A stretch of 64,000 bases of DNA, taken from positions 320-64,319 of the forward strand of contig ONVK01000009.1 in NCBI GenBank assembly GCA_900321255.1, read 5' to 3'. Position numbers and translations under genes: made by a program. Source of the DNA: an uncultured Lentisphaerota bacterium (GTDB lineage Bacteria; Verrucomicrobiota; Kiritimatiellia; RFP12; UBA1067). The notes beneath the pieces were generated by a model. It was not told the origin of the DNA, searched no databases, and worked only from the letters and a program-made list of their open reading frames with translations. Positions 53,186 to 63,316 of the stretch are shown in pieces (position 1 is the stretch's first letter; each line of letters opens with the position of its first letter).

Positions 53186-54727
53186 TCAATTTTCTGCGTC
53201 TGGGACGAGCTTTGTCCCGTTCATGGCGAAAAAGTCGCCCGTCGCCCTTCCGTCCGGCGTGATTTCGAGATTGATGTGGCCGGGCGTGTTCGTGAAGAAT
53301 ATGCGGAGGTGGAAGACGCCCTTTTCGTCCACGGCGCACGAGGCGGCCGTCCGCTGGCGGCCTATGTACAGGCCAAGCCCTTCATAGTTTTCGACGTCAA
53401 AGCCGATCTCTCCCTGCTTCCATTCGCCGATGCCGACGGGGAGACGCTGATTGCCGGCCGGGAGTTCAATCTGGCACATGATTCCGTCCGCCGTGTGGTT
53501 GAAGAGCTGGAAGGACCTGATGCCGCGGCCGTTCTGCTTGAAGCGCCTGTGATGGCCGAGGAAAGCGTCGAGACCCTTGTCCGTACCGGCGACCGGCGCG
53601 ATTGCAAGGTTTGCGAGCCGTACGCGCAGCCGTTCGCCGGCCACGCCCTCCGCGAGCGGCGCGTCCTTGACCCCAGGAAGAAGATGATCCCAGATGAGGG
53701 AAAGTTCCGCCTGCATGTTGTTAAGCCCAGCGTTGACCGAAACGACCATGTCGCATTCGGGCAAGACGACGGTGAGCTGCCCGGCCGCACCATCGGCGCG
53801 ATACGCCCCGTGGTGGCAACGCCAGAACTGGAAGCCGTAGCCCTGCTCCCAGTCGCTACCCTCGCCAAGCGCCTTCACGCCGACGTTGCTCCAGCCGCTC
53901 CACGTGTGGCGCGTAGTCGCAAGCGCGACCCAGCTCGGAGAGAGGACGCATTCGCCGCCCCACCTGCCCTGCTGGAGGTAGAGCTGGCCGAAGCGCGCAA
54001 GTTCGCGCGTCGTCATGTTCATGCCCCAGCCGCCGCAGGCGATTCCCTGGGGCGAGGTGGTGGACCATGCAGACGAGATGCCGATTTTGCCGAACATGCG
54101 CTCCTTGAGGAAGTCCATGAGCTTCTTGCCCGTGCGTTTCTCGACAATCGCCGAAAGCATGTAGGTCGCGTCGGAATCATAGCGAAAACCGGTGCCGGGC
54201 TTCTTCCCGAAGTCCTTGGAGAGGAATTCCCTGACCCAGTCGCCGCCGTCCCTCAGAAGATGGTCCTTCTTGCCGACGTTCATCGTCAGGAGGTCGCGCA
54301 CGCGAAGCTGGCGGAGATTGTCGGACGGGTTTGCAGGGAGCTCGTCCGGGAATATGTCGACTATCCGCTCGTCTAGGTCGATCTTTCCGTCGTCCGCGAG
54401 AAAGCCGACCGCGGACGAGGTGAAGCTCTTCGAGTGGGAGTAGAGCATGTGGGGCTCGTTCAGCGTGTCGAACGGCTTCCAGCTGCCCTCGGCTATCGTC
54501 TTGCCGTGGCGGACGATGACAAAGCCGTGAACGTTCCCCTCCTTCACGCCGTCGAACGTCTTTTCGCAGGCGTCGATCCAGTTGAGGATCGCCTGCGAGT
54601 CGACTCCCTGCGACTCGGGAGTCGCATACTCCATCTCGGCAGCCGCCGACAACGCCGCGAGCGCGCAGCAAAACATCACCGCAGTCCCGCAAAAGCGGCT
54701 GCCTTCGAAAGGTCTTCTGTTTTTCAT
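53186..54727 (-). CDS. Serine hydrolase, beta-lactamase / PBP4*-like family, secreted
   Basis: Signal peptide MKNRRPFEGSRFCGTAVMFCCALAALSAAA. SxxK motif in MLYSHSKSFTSSAVGF. About 510 aa with an extra C-terminal beta-rich domain. I prefer ATG 54727; the track start is TTG 54736. Confidence 0.8.
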   Translation of the reverse strand: MKNRRPFEGSRFCGTAVMFCCALAALSAAAEMEYATPESQGVDSQAILNWIDACEKTFDGVKEGNVHGFVIVRHGKTIAEGSWKPFDTLNEPHMLYSHSKSFTSSAVGFLADDGKIDLDERIVDIFPDELPANPSDNLRQLRVRDLLTMNVGKKDHLLRDGGDWVREFLSKDFGKKPGTGFRYDSDATYMLSAIVEKRTGKKLMDFLKERMFGKIGISSAWSTTSPQGIACGGWGMNMTTRELARFGQLYLQQGRWGGECVLSPSWVALATTRHTWSGWSNVGVKALGEGSDWEQGYGFQFWRCHHGAYRADGAAGQLTVVLPECDMVVSVNAGLNNMQAELSLIWDHLLPGVKDAPLAEGVAGERLRVRLANLAIAPVAGTDKGLDAFLGHHRRFKQNGRGIRSFQLFNHTADGIMCQIELPAGNQRLPVGIGEWKQGEIGFDVENYEGLGLYIGRQRTAASCAVDEKGVFHLRIFFTNTPGHINLEITPDGRATGDFFAMNGTKLVPDAEN

Positions 54728-54735
54728 ATCATACA

Positions 54736-54744
54736 ATTATAGCA
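54736..54744 (-). promoter_or_regulatory. Extended -10 promoter TGCTATAAT placed 8 nt before the hydrolase ATG (leaderless candidate)
   Basis: Minus strand reads ATTTATGCTATAATTGTATGATATG. Confidence 0.4.
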
Positions 54745-54853
54745 TAAATCTGAATTGCGGGTTGTGGGTTAGCTACAGCACAACTCCTCAATCCTGTTTC
54801 GAAGCATTGTCCGCACGATCATCACTGCAATGTCCGCAGATACTCCGCGAAAA

Positions 54854-54972
54854 GATCGACGAAGAAAACAGCAAAGCCCCGCAAACACGGGGCCTTGGTG
54901 GACCGCATGGGGTCAGACCCCCATGGTCTTCGACCAGCGGGACCTGACCCCGTCGATCCTTCTTCGTCGATC
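54854..54972. repeat. 119-nt palindromic element bounded by a perfect 13-bp inverted repeat, abutting the giant-gene stop codon
   Basis: GATCGACGAAGAA at 54854-54866 pairs with TTCTTCGTCGATC at 54960-54972. The element encloses the terminator hairpin and two mutually exclusive stems, 54909-54916/54944-54951 and 54906-54912/54919-54925. Confidence 0.6.
54861..54893 (-). terminator. Intrinsic terminator of the 2773-aa gene
   Basis: Minus strand reads GCCCCG-TGTTTG-CGGGGC followed by TTTGCTGTTTTCTT. Confidence 0.65.
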
Positions 54973-54973
54973 C

Positions 54974-57900
54974 TTAGTACGCCATGAAGAAGAATCCCTT
55001 GGCGAGCTTCTTGAGAATGTCGATGCCGCCCTGGGACACGATGCTCCAGCCGGACGGCGCAGTGCCGGCGTGGAGAACCTTAAGCGGCCCGATGGTGGGA
55101 TCGGCGTTGTACGCGGCAATTGCGGCGGCAATGGTCGGATACCGCTTGCCATTATTGTCCACAACCATGTAGCCCTCGACCTGATCGCCCTTCATCGACG
55201 TGAGGGTGCCCGATCCGGCAAAGTCAATGTTCTTCACTCCCGTCCTTGTCTCCGCGAGCGGGAAGCTCGCAGAGCCGGACGCGTCTGTCAGCACATAGTC
55301 ACCAATGGTCACGCCATACTTGCCGACGCCATAGTCGATCGTCATCACGACCTTATATGTCTCGGCAGGATTGGGCGTAATGGCGTCATTGGAGACTGGC
55401 GTCCAGCTGCCACCAGGAGCCAACACCATGAACGTCGCCGCACTTTCGACTTCTCCGATCTTGATTGCCGCCTGCGCCTCGCCTTCGACATCGGCGTCAG
55501 AAACAGACGAGAAACAGACGTTGAACTCGAGAACCACGCGCGAGCTTGTCGACATACTCGTCGCCTCAAACCTATTGTCGCTGATCTCAGCCTTCCCTTC
55601 TGAGTAGGTGACTGCCTCGGCGTTAGTCCACGCACCGCCAGCCGTCACCTGCCCATGGGTGGTGGCGTTCTCGTTGATCCACCCAGCCGTCACGTCTGCC
55701 GCGACAGTATTGCCGCTTCCCCCGATCGTCGGAACAGCCGTCTCGCCGACCTTGGCGGTAATAGTGTAGCCCGCCTCCGCGTAGATGTCGTTGCCGCGCG
55801 TGACCGCGACGTTCTCGAATGTCACCGCGCCGCCCTCACCGACATTGGCGTTGTACGTCGTACCGCCGTAGCTAAGCGTCGCGGTTGTCGCATCGCCCGA
55901 CACAGTCGCGGTGACGGTCGCCGTCGCGTAGTCTGCGCCATAGCTGAACGAGACATTGGAAACAGAGGGGCTGGACATCACGGTATATGTCGTCGTTTCG
56001 CCGCTCGACGCCTCCTTGACGTAGGAATCGGCAATCGAAGTCGTCGGGAACGGGTAAAGCCCGACACCAGAGCCGACGGCAAGCGAAGTGGTGGCATCAA
56101 CCAGCACTACGGCCGCGGCGTTCAGCGTCACATCCGTTCCGCCGATGGTTATCGCCGCCGCACCGATAGTGACTGTCCCTACAGACGCATTCTGCGGCAA
56201 GGTCACCACGGCATTGCCGGCGAAGCACACGCTGTCGCCAGTGGCCGGCAGACGCGTCGCCTGCTTGAGCTCGTTGTTTTCAGTGTAGCGCCAAGAGGCG
56301 AGCGAATCCCAATCGCCGGAAGCGCCGTTCCACGTGTAGGCCGTCGCAACCGGGGCGATCGCATACGTGGTCACACCTTCAGCCGTGCTTTCGGTCAACC
56401 CGAATTCCGACGTGAACCCGGGGTCCTTGGAGACATTGACTACGATCCCGGCAGCGGGCTTGATCTTGACCGCGTCGGCCGTGGTGACATCCCCGGCGGC
56501 ATACACTTCGACATACTGATACTCGTCGAGCGGCAAAGTGCCGGCGGAAGTAACCGCCTCCTGCGCAGTAATGCTGTAGGACTTAACCCCAACGTTGTTG
56601 ACGACGGCGGCAGCGTACTTGTAGACCCTTCCTTCGTTGGAATAGTAGCCGGGCGTCGTTATCTCCGCATAGCCGTCGAACACGACTATGTCAGCAAGAT
56701 TGTCGCCGGCCGCCTCAATCGCCGCGTCGACCGTCAGGTAATTCGTGTTATTCCACGCCGCGGAGGCCTTGTAGACGCCATCCACACCGTCGCAGAGCAC
56801 CATGTTGGCATCCTGCCCGCCGACGTAGACAGCTGCAACTTCGACCTTGCCGGTCTTCTTGAGGATTCGTGTGCCGCCGGGAACATCTGCGGCAAGGCTG
56901 ACCTTGGTTACTGCGACCGTCTTGTTGTTGTTGTTGACGATCGTGCCGTTGTAGTCCTCAACGTTGCTGATGGTGAATGAGTTGGGAGCGCTGTCGGGAA
57001 GCGTCAGATTGCCTTCGCCTGTAAGCTTGGCAAATGTGTAGGCCCAGTCGCCGGACAGAGCGGAAATGGCCGCGTTGCCGTCAAGTCGCAATGCCGCCGT
57101 AACATTGACAGTGTTGTTGGCGGTGGATTTAAACCAAGTGCCGAAGCCCGCCAATGCGAGGGTACCTGCACTGTTGTATCTGGCGACATCAAAGCCATCA
57201 GACGCATCCACCGCCAAGAACTTCACAGTGCCGGATCCGGAAATGCTTCCGCTAAAGGTCGACGAATTCGTCGCGAGCGTCAGCGTGCTGCCGGACGCCA
57301 CCGTAACGGTGGTCCCCTGCCCTCCGGAAATGCTCGCCGCCGCGGCGTCGTCCTCGAAGTTGACCGTTCCCGCCCCGGCCAGCGTCACTGCGCCAAGGTT
57401 GAACGTGCGGGCTTCCTGCTTGCAGAAGTTGAGCGTCTTGCCGGATTCCACCGTGACTGTCCGGCCGGCCAAGATTCCGCTGTTGTCCTCGCCGGGCCTC
57501 AGGTTGAGCGTGGTGCGCGTCACCTTGAGGTTGCCATTGAACCTGTCGGATATCCACGCCTTGTTGTCCGTCAGTACGGAATTGTCGGAAACCACGACCG
57601 TATCGCCCTCAAACAGCGTTGTGCCAGTGGTGAGCGACGCATCTGCGAATACCGTGCCGACATTCTCGGCGCCTGCGCCGGTCATGCCTGCGGTGATGTA
57701 GCCGCTCTTGTAGTATATCTCGCCGGAACCAAACGCATGGTCTGGCGCAATCGTCACCTTGTAGCGTAGGTATCCCTCGCTCTGGGGATCGTTGTCAATT
57801 CCTCCCGTTACGATCCAGGTGTCAGCCGGTGTGTTGACCAGCGAAATACGCGTTGCGCTGGACGGATCGACCATCACGCCTGTCAGATAGAAACTCGTCT

Positions 57901-60900
57901 CAGACGTAACGCCCGCAAAAGGATAGTTCGCGAAGTCAAACGAAAGGCCGGCACCCTCGTCAACACCTACTTCAGCGGTGGCGAAATCGATCGCGTCATA
58001 GTCGACGACAAGCTCAGTGCCAGAACGCACGACCAGCATGCCTGCGCCGATCTTGCCGGTCTTTGCCGTGTCGCGGACAAGAGCGGCCGTTCCGTCTCCC
58101 TTGAAGATCAGCGTATCGTACAAAGCGTTTTCGTCAAGGTTGACGGAGATGTCCGCCTGACCGGAGACGACAACCGTCACGTAGTTGTCGGCCACAGGCG
58201 CCGAGACCGCAGTGCCGTCGCTGGCCTTGCGCCATTTATCGGTCTCCACCCACGTGTCGCTCTCGGAGATGGATACCTCGCGCACAAACGTCTCCTTGGA
58301 CGACACAAACGGCCGCCTTGCCGAAAGACCTTCCGCAAGGCCGTCGTTGATGACCTTGTTGTAAAGCCGCACATAGTCGGTATACCCGTCGGTAGCGGCG
58401 GCGGGAAGAGTATCGTTCTCTGCAGGCCTGTCCCCGCAGACATCGCCGACCTTGAAGGCCGTGATCGCGCTTGTCAGGCTGAACTCCGCCTTGTGGATGA
58501 ATTCGCCGTCGCGATAGAACGAGACAAATTTCTTTGTTGTTGCATCCACCGTCTCCTCCGTCACGGTGAGGGCGTAGATATGCATGTTGTCCTTGTTTGA
58601 CGGTTCTTCAACTTTCAACCGTGCAAGGATCGTATAGGTGTTTTCAACCCAGTTGAAGAGCTCAACCATGTTGTTTGCGCCGGAAGCAAGTCCCAGTATG
58701 CCGCTCGTCGTATCGCCGAATGTAAAGGCGATTCTGCCGGCCGTGGACGGCATCGAGCATCTAACCGCCGCCGCCCATGGAGACGGGAATGTCATACCTG
58801 TTGCATAAGGCGCGCTGGCAGACGAGATGGCGTTGAAAGTCTCGGCACGGCCCGCCACCGTGAGGGTTGTATACGCCGGATTCACGGCAGTCAATGTTAC
58901 CTGGCTCGCTGGCGTGTCATTGTACATGCCTGTGTCGCTCAATTCGCTTCCGCTGGTCTCGAAGTCCCACTCGTGCCAGCAGGCCGCACCGGCGAAATCG
59001 CGTCCACCGGTATAGGAGCGCGTGGTGCCGCTCTTTGCTGTCAGGATTTCAGCGCCGCTCCTGCGCTTGAGATACAAATCGGCGTCATCTGGGACATTGG
59101 TCGCCTCGAATCCGCCTTCGGCATATTCCGCTACCGTCTCTTCCGCATAATAGACAAAGGTGACGCCAACAACTGTAGGCAGCGTATAGCCCGTCAGATC
59201 GCGCTTGCCGCCGATGTCGAGGTAAACGGTTGTGCAAGTCGAGGGCAGCTCGATCTTGGAGAAGTCGACCGTAGTTGACTCGCCGAGTGCGAGATGCAGT
59301 TTCGTGAGGCCTGTGCAGCCTCTAAGGTCGAGCGTGCCGGAGTTCAAGTAAGTCGAGCTGGCATCTGCAGGGAGCGTCAGCGTTGTCGGCGCGCCGGATC
59401 CGCTAACGGCCAATGTCGCGCCGGAGGCAATTTCTATTTTGGCCGTCACTTCGGTATCCGTAACGGCGGTAACGGTCCCGGTTCCAGAGCCAACTTTCAG
59501 CGTTCCCTGGGATTCGGCGCTTATCCGCGAAACGGAGGCTCCAGCGCCCAACGTCAGGGTCTTGCCCTCCATGATCACGATACCGGCAGGCACTTCCCAT
59601 GTCTTGCCAGCCGTGACGGTCATGTCGGTGTCAACCACGAGATACGCCGGGTAATTGCGATTCACAATGTTCCAGGAATCGCCTGCACCGAAGATAAAGC
59701 TCTTCTTTCCGCCGTTCTCCTCGCCAGGGTTCGGGTCGGTGATTATAACCGAGCCTGTGAACCCAGCGACATTCCGGAACACATACTGCGCCTTGTCAGA
59801 GTTGCCGTCAAGCTTTAGCGTTCCTGCACCTGACAGCTTGGCGAATATGAAACCGACATCCGTATCGCCGGAGACCATGCTTGCGCCGGTTGTACCGTGG
59901 TTGAATTCGACCGTTGTGTTTTCATCTATGACAAGCTCCGCCGCGCACACTTTGGTTGACGCTTCCGTTGTGGCTGCGCACCCCTTGAAGCCGGGCGCTT
60001 TAATCTTGGAGTTTGCACTGCCATACTTGTCGAAAAGAACGATTCCCTCTGATGTGCCGGGATACGTGCTGTCCTTCATATGGCCGCAGTTGTTAAGCAC
60101 CAGTGTGCCTTGCCAATAACTATTCGTCCAAACGGCAGACGACGTCGGAAGCACATGGTCCGGATACGAGATCACGACACCACTGACGCCCTTGATCGTT
60201 CCCTGCAGCGTATTGGCTGCGCTGCAGACGAAGGTTCCGGCGCCATTGAACTCGATTATGCCGCTTGTTCTGATGACTGTCGAAAGCGTGACTGGGTCCG
60301 TAGCTGCGCTGTTGATTGTCACCTTGCCAGCGTATGTGTCAGGCAGCGACGCAGGTGCGGGAACAGGCACTCCGCGTGTTGACCATGTGGCAGTTCCATC
60401 CCCAACGATGGTAACGGCGATATCCGCCGTCGCCGCCTCTCGTGTCACCTTGAAGGTGTAGCTCAGGTTGTCAGGATTGTACACGAGCTCAGCAGTGAAG
60501 CCGGATTCAGCCAATGTCGCAACGCCCGTGGAATCAAGAACTACGGAAGCGCCATCGCCAAGAAGCGCCATGGAAACCACCACATCCTCATAGACTCCAC
60601 CGAAGTCGAGAACCTTCAGAGTGTCATAGATGGCGTAATTGCCACCCATAGAGAAAGGATCAACCGTCAATGTGATGCCGTCTGCGATACTGGTCGCGCC
60701 AAGATTGACGCGCCCGCCGGGAACCGTTGTATCGACAAGAACCGATGTCTCTGCCGAAACAAGCTTTCCAGCCGTATTGTTGCCATACGCAGAGGTAAGC
60801 TTGAGAGAACCCGACGCGCCCGCTTCTTTAGTAAGCGTCAACGACTCGTAGGCGGAGTTTTCCGTCAGGTTGATTGCAACCGACACATCCGAGGAACCAT

Positions 60901-63295
60901 CCTTCGAGAGCGTTACGTTCGTATTCGGATTCGGTGCATTCTGCGTGGCGGCAGCCTGGCCAGGCACCGTCTGCGTCCAAACATCCGTTGCAACGAAGCT
61001 TGCGCTTGCGGAAACAGGGGCGCGCGTCGCAGCACCATACTGCGAATTGTAGGGATATGCCTCGGCAAGAGCCGCCATTGCACCATCCGTCAACGTACCG
61101 TTGATGACGCGCAGGAAGTCGAGCGTGCCGCTGTCGCCTGTTGACGAATACTTTGAAAACCCTGTATTGAAAGCTGCACGCGGCGCAACACCGCCGTGGA
61201 GCGAGCCGATCTGGAAGCCGTTGGAAAGCGTCAGCGTTCCATTGTGTTTGTAGATTGCCTTGACCTTGCCGTCCAGATATACGCGAATGCGGGTCTTCGT
61301 CGTCTCGTTCTCCGTGATGCGATCCATCACGAATGCATAGAGGTGCTTTGTTGTCGTAGCACCGACAGCCGTCAAATTGGCCAATTCCGTTACCGTGCCA
61401 GTGCCGCCATTGTGTCCATCGGTAAGAACAAGCTTCATCTCGCCAGCCGCAGGATTGGCGCCAGTCACAAGAGCAATCGCCTTCTGGTCGTTGGCCGTCG
61501 TGGAACCAAAGCCCACTAGAACCGTATTGGCGTAGTTGCCCGGTGCGCAGTACATAACAGCCGTCAACTCGCTCTTGTCGTTGAAGCTGGCATTGCGCCA
61601 AGGCGTCTGCTGGAAATAGAGTTCTGAATTGTTGTAGTAAACCGAAGCATCGCTCTCCGTCGTCATTCCACCCTTGTCGGAACCGATACTCGTCACGGTG
61701 CCGTTGAACTCGTAGTCCCACCACCAGGCGTCTCCGGTGTAAGAAGGATTACTTGGCACAACCGCCGTTAAGGTTGCTGTTCCACCCGCAACAACTGGGG
61801 TGACTGCAACGCCACCGAGCGTAACTGTACCGTCAATATCTCCCGTAACAGTCAGAGTTTCCGTCGCTTCATATCCTTCAATTTGCTGACTCACGGTTCC
61901 CGTCGGTGCGACCACGAGTGTACCGCCTGCCGCAACGCCCGAAATCGTCGGACGAGAAGTGCCAATATCAAACGATCCGCCCGCCAAAACCTTGACTTCT
62001 GTCAGACCAGAAGCGGAGTAAGTGCCGTCTGCCGCTACAGTAAGAGAACCAATCGCCTGGACATTGGCATGATTTGGAAGCTCGCGGAGGGTCGTCGTGG
62101 TCAGCGTCGTTCCTGCGCCGTTCACAGTCCAGCCCTTATTCAGAGCAGCCGTAACAGTGGCAACACGTTCAGATCCTAGGCTCTGATTGTAGATCTGCAA
62201 ATCCTTGATGACCATGCCTGTCGCGGCATCTGTTGTATTGTAAGCCGTACCGCCGATTGTCACCTTGGATGTCGTAAGCGTACTCCACTTGAGGCTGGTA
62301 TTGGTAATCTTGTTCACTCCATCAAGATATGTGGACGTATCACTACCCCTGTCGTATGACACCGCAACCCAGTGTTCGTTTGCATCACGCGTCCACGCCG
62401 AGGTTCCGTATGTGGTACTGTAAACCGACCCATTGTTCAAGAAGTGTTGCTCGAACTGGCTGCCCGTATAGGATGTATAGGCCTCAATGGAATTGCTTAC
62501 CTTCCAGCCGACAAGACGGCTTGACGAAGAAGGAATGACTGCCTTGACCATCACCGTCTGAGTGTTGAGCGCGGAAGCAAGCGCAATCTGAATGCCGCTG
62601 TTGCCTATAGTTACGGAGTCGTTGGCAAAGGCCATACCCGTAGCATCAGCCACTGTCACCGTGCTCGGCAACGCCATACCGCCCGATGAGGGGATGAGCG
62701 AAGAAGGCATCTCCATCGACCCCGAAGGCGTACGGCCGTAGATGCGCATCGCCGGTTTCCAATCCCCAGTCTGCGTACCTGACGCAACAGTAGTTACAAC
62801 CGAATATCCTAGTATGGTAGTTGTGCCTTCAGAGTTTTTAAATGTCAACGTATAAGTCGCCGTAGTATCAACAAGAACGCCATCGGTACCAAAAACCAAC
62901 TTGACCTCCTTGCGCGACCATGAATCTGGCTTTATTGCCGTGAAATCGTTTCCTGAGCTATATGACACTGTAGCCGTATAGGATTCCGTTGTCTTGTCGT
63001 TGGTAAGCGTTGCAGTAGTAATGGACTGCGAACCATTGTCTGAACGAGCGCCAATGGTAATTGATGTCAACTGCACATACCCTGAAGCAGGGAAATCGGC
63101 CGTAGCAGCATTGGGAGACGGGTTATTCAACTGAAACGAGAACGAATTCGTCCCGAACTTGCCGTCGCTCTTGACCGCCAGCGAATCGCTGTCAACGTTC
63201 GAGTATGTATAGTCCGTCGCCCAGCCTGTCGACGCAAGGCCGAGGCCGAGTGCGAGCACGAGAAGGCGCGTCGCGCCCTGAATCAGTTTTTTCAT
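54974..63295 (-). CDS. Giant secreted protein (2773 aa) with at least three LamG / concanavalin-like domains, beta-strand-repeat regions and a C-terminal jelly-roll module shared with the 1628-aa protein
   Basis: Signal peptide MKKLIQGATRLLVLALGLGLASTGWA with a GAGGGGG SD at ATG 63295; the track start is 63307. LamG-like blocks ...HWVAVSYDRGSDTSTYLDGV..., ...HLYAFVMDRITENETTKTRIRVYLDGK... and ...HIYALTVTEETVDATTKKFVSFYRDGE.... PATR-like stretch LSGAGTLKLDGNSDKAQYVFRNVAGFTGSV. Ends ...LAKGFFFMAY with no recognisable anchor. Confidence 0.8.
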   Translation of the reverse strand: MKKLIQGATRLLVLALGLGLASTGWATDYTYSNVDSDSLAVKSDGKFGTNSFSFQLNNPSPNAATADFPASGYVQLTSITIGARSDNGSQSITTATLTNDKTTESYTATVSYSSGNDFTAIKPDSWSRKEVKLVFGTDGVLVDTTATYTLTFKNSEGTTTILGYSVVTTVASGTQTGDWKPAMRIYGRTPSGSMEMPSSLIPSSGGMALPSTVTVADATGMAFANDSVTIGNSGIQIALASALNTQTVMVKAVIPSSSSRLVGWKVSNSIEAYTSYTGSQFEQHFLNNGSVYSTTYGTSAWTRDANEHWVAVSYDRGSDTSTYLDGVNKITNTSLKWSTLTTSKVTIGGTAYNTTDAATGMVIKDLQIYNQSLGSERVATVTAALNKGWTVNGAGTTLTTTTLRELPNHANVQAIGSLTVAADGTYSASGLTEVKVLAGGSFDIGTSRPTISGVAAGGTLVVAPTGTVSQQIEGYEATETLTVTGDIDGTVTLGGVAVTPVVAGGTATLTAVVPSNPSYTGDAWWWDYEFNGTVTSIGSDKGGMTTESDASVYYNNSELYFQQTPWRNASFNDKSELTAVMYCAPGNYANTVLVGFGSTTANDQKAIALVTGANPAAGEMKLVLTDGHNGGTGTVTELANLTAVGATTTKHLYAFVMDRITENETTKTRIRVYLDGKVKAIYKHNGTLTLSNGFQIGSLHGGVAPRAAFNTGFSKYSSTGDSGTLDFLRVINGTLTDGAMAALAEAYPYNSQYGAATRAPVSASASFVATDVWTQTVPGQAAATQNAPNPNTNVTLSKDGSSDVSVAINLTENSAYESLTLTKEAGASGSLKLTSAYGNNTAGKLVSAETSVLVDTTVPGGRVNLGATSIADGITLTVDPFSMGGNYAIYDTLKVLDFGGVYEDVVVSMALLGDGASVVLDSTGVATLAESGFTAELVYNPDNLSYTFKVTREAATADIAVTIVGDGTATWSTRGVPVPAPASLPDTYAGKVTINSAATDPVTLSTVIRTSGIIEFNGAGTFVCSAANTLQGTIKGVSGVVISYPDHVLPTSSAVWTNSYWQGTLVLNNCGHMKDSTYPGTSEGIVLFDKYGSANSKIKAPGFKGCAATTEASTKVCAAELVIDENTTVEFNHGTTGASMVSGDTDVGFIFAKLSGAGTLKLDGNSDKAQYVFRNVAGFTGSVIITDPNPGEENGGKKSFIFGAGDSWNIVNRNYPAYLVVDTDMTVTAGKTWEVPAGIVIMEGKTLTLGAGASVSRISAESQGTLKVGSGTGTVTAVTDTEVTAKIEIASGATLAVSGSGAPTTLTLPADASSTYLNSGTLDLRGCTGLTKLHLALGESTTVDFSKIELPSTCTTVYLDIGGKRDLTGYTLPTVVGVTFVYYAEETVAEYAEGGFEATNVPDDADLYLKRRSGAEILTAKSGTTRSYTGGRDFAGAACWHEWDFETSGSELSDTGMYNDTPASQVTLTAVNPAYTTLTVAGRAETFNAISSASAPYATGMTFPSPWAAAVRCSMPSTAGRIAFTFGDTTSGILGLASGANNMVELFNWVENTYTILARLKVEEPSNKDNMHIYALTVTEETVDATTKKFVSFYRDGEFIHKAEFSLTSAITAFKVGDVCGDRPAENDTLPAAATDGYTDYVRLYNKVINDGLAEGLSARRPFVSSKETFVREVSISESDTWVETDKWRKASDGTAVSAPVADNYVTVVVSGQADISVNLDENALYDTLIFKGDGTAALVRDTAKTGKIGAGMLVVRSGTELVVDYDAIDFATAEVGVDEGAGLSFDFANYPFAGVTSETSFYLTGVMVDPSSATRISLVNTPADTWIVTGGIDNDPQSEGYLRYKVTIAPDHAFGSGEIYYKSGYITAGMTGAGAENVGTVFADASLTTGTTLFEGDTVVVSDNSVLTDNKAWISDRFNGNLKVTRTTLNLRPGEDNSGILAGRTVTVESGKTLNFCKQEARTFNLGAVTLAGAGTVNFEDDAAAASISGGQGTTVTVASGSTLTLATNSSTFSGSISGSGTVKFLAVDASDGFDVARYNSAGTLALAGFGTWFKSTANNTVNVTAALRLDGNAAISALSGDWAYTFAKLTGEGNLTLPDSAPNSFTISNVEDYNGTIVNNNNKTVAVTKVSLAADVPGGTRILKKTGKVEVAAVYVGGQDANMVLCDGVDGVYKASAAWNNTNYLTVDAAIEAAGDNLADIVVFDGYAEITTPGYYSNEGRVYKYAAAVVNNVGVKSYSITAQEAVTSAGTLPLDEYQYVEVYAAGDVTTADAVKIKPAAGIVVNVSKDPGFTSEFGLTESTAEGVTTYAIAPVATAYTWNGASGDWDSLASWRYTENNELKQATRLPATGDSVCFAGNAVVTLPQNASVGTVTIGAAAITIGGTDVTLNAAAVVLVDATTSLAVGSGVGLYPFPTTSIADSYVKEASSGETTTYTVMSSPSVSNVSFSYGADYATATVTATVSGDATTATLSYGGTTYNANVGEGGAVTFENVAVTRGNDIYAEAGYTITAKVGETAVPTIGGSGNTVAADVTAGWINENATTHGQVTAGGAWTNAEAVTYSEGKAEISDNRFEATSMSTSSRVVLEFNVCFSSVSDADVEGEAQAAIKIGEVESAATFMVLAPGGSWTPVSNDAITPNPAETYKVVMTIDYGVGKYGVTIGDYVLTDASGSASFPLAETRTGVKNIDFAGSGTLTSMKGDQVEGYMVVDNNGKRYPTIAAAIAAYNADPTIGPLKVLHAGTAPSGWSIVSQGGIDILKKLAKGFFFMAY

Positions 63296-63316
63296 TGTCC
63301 CCCTCATTTCTTTTCC

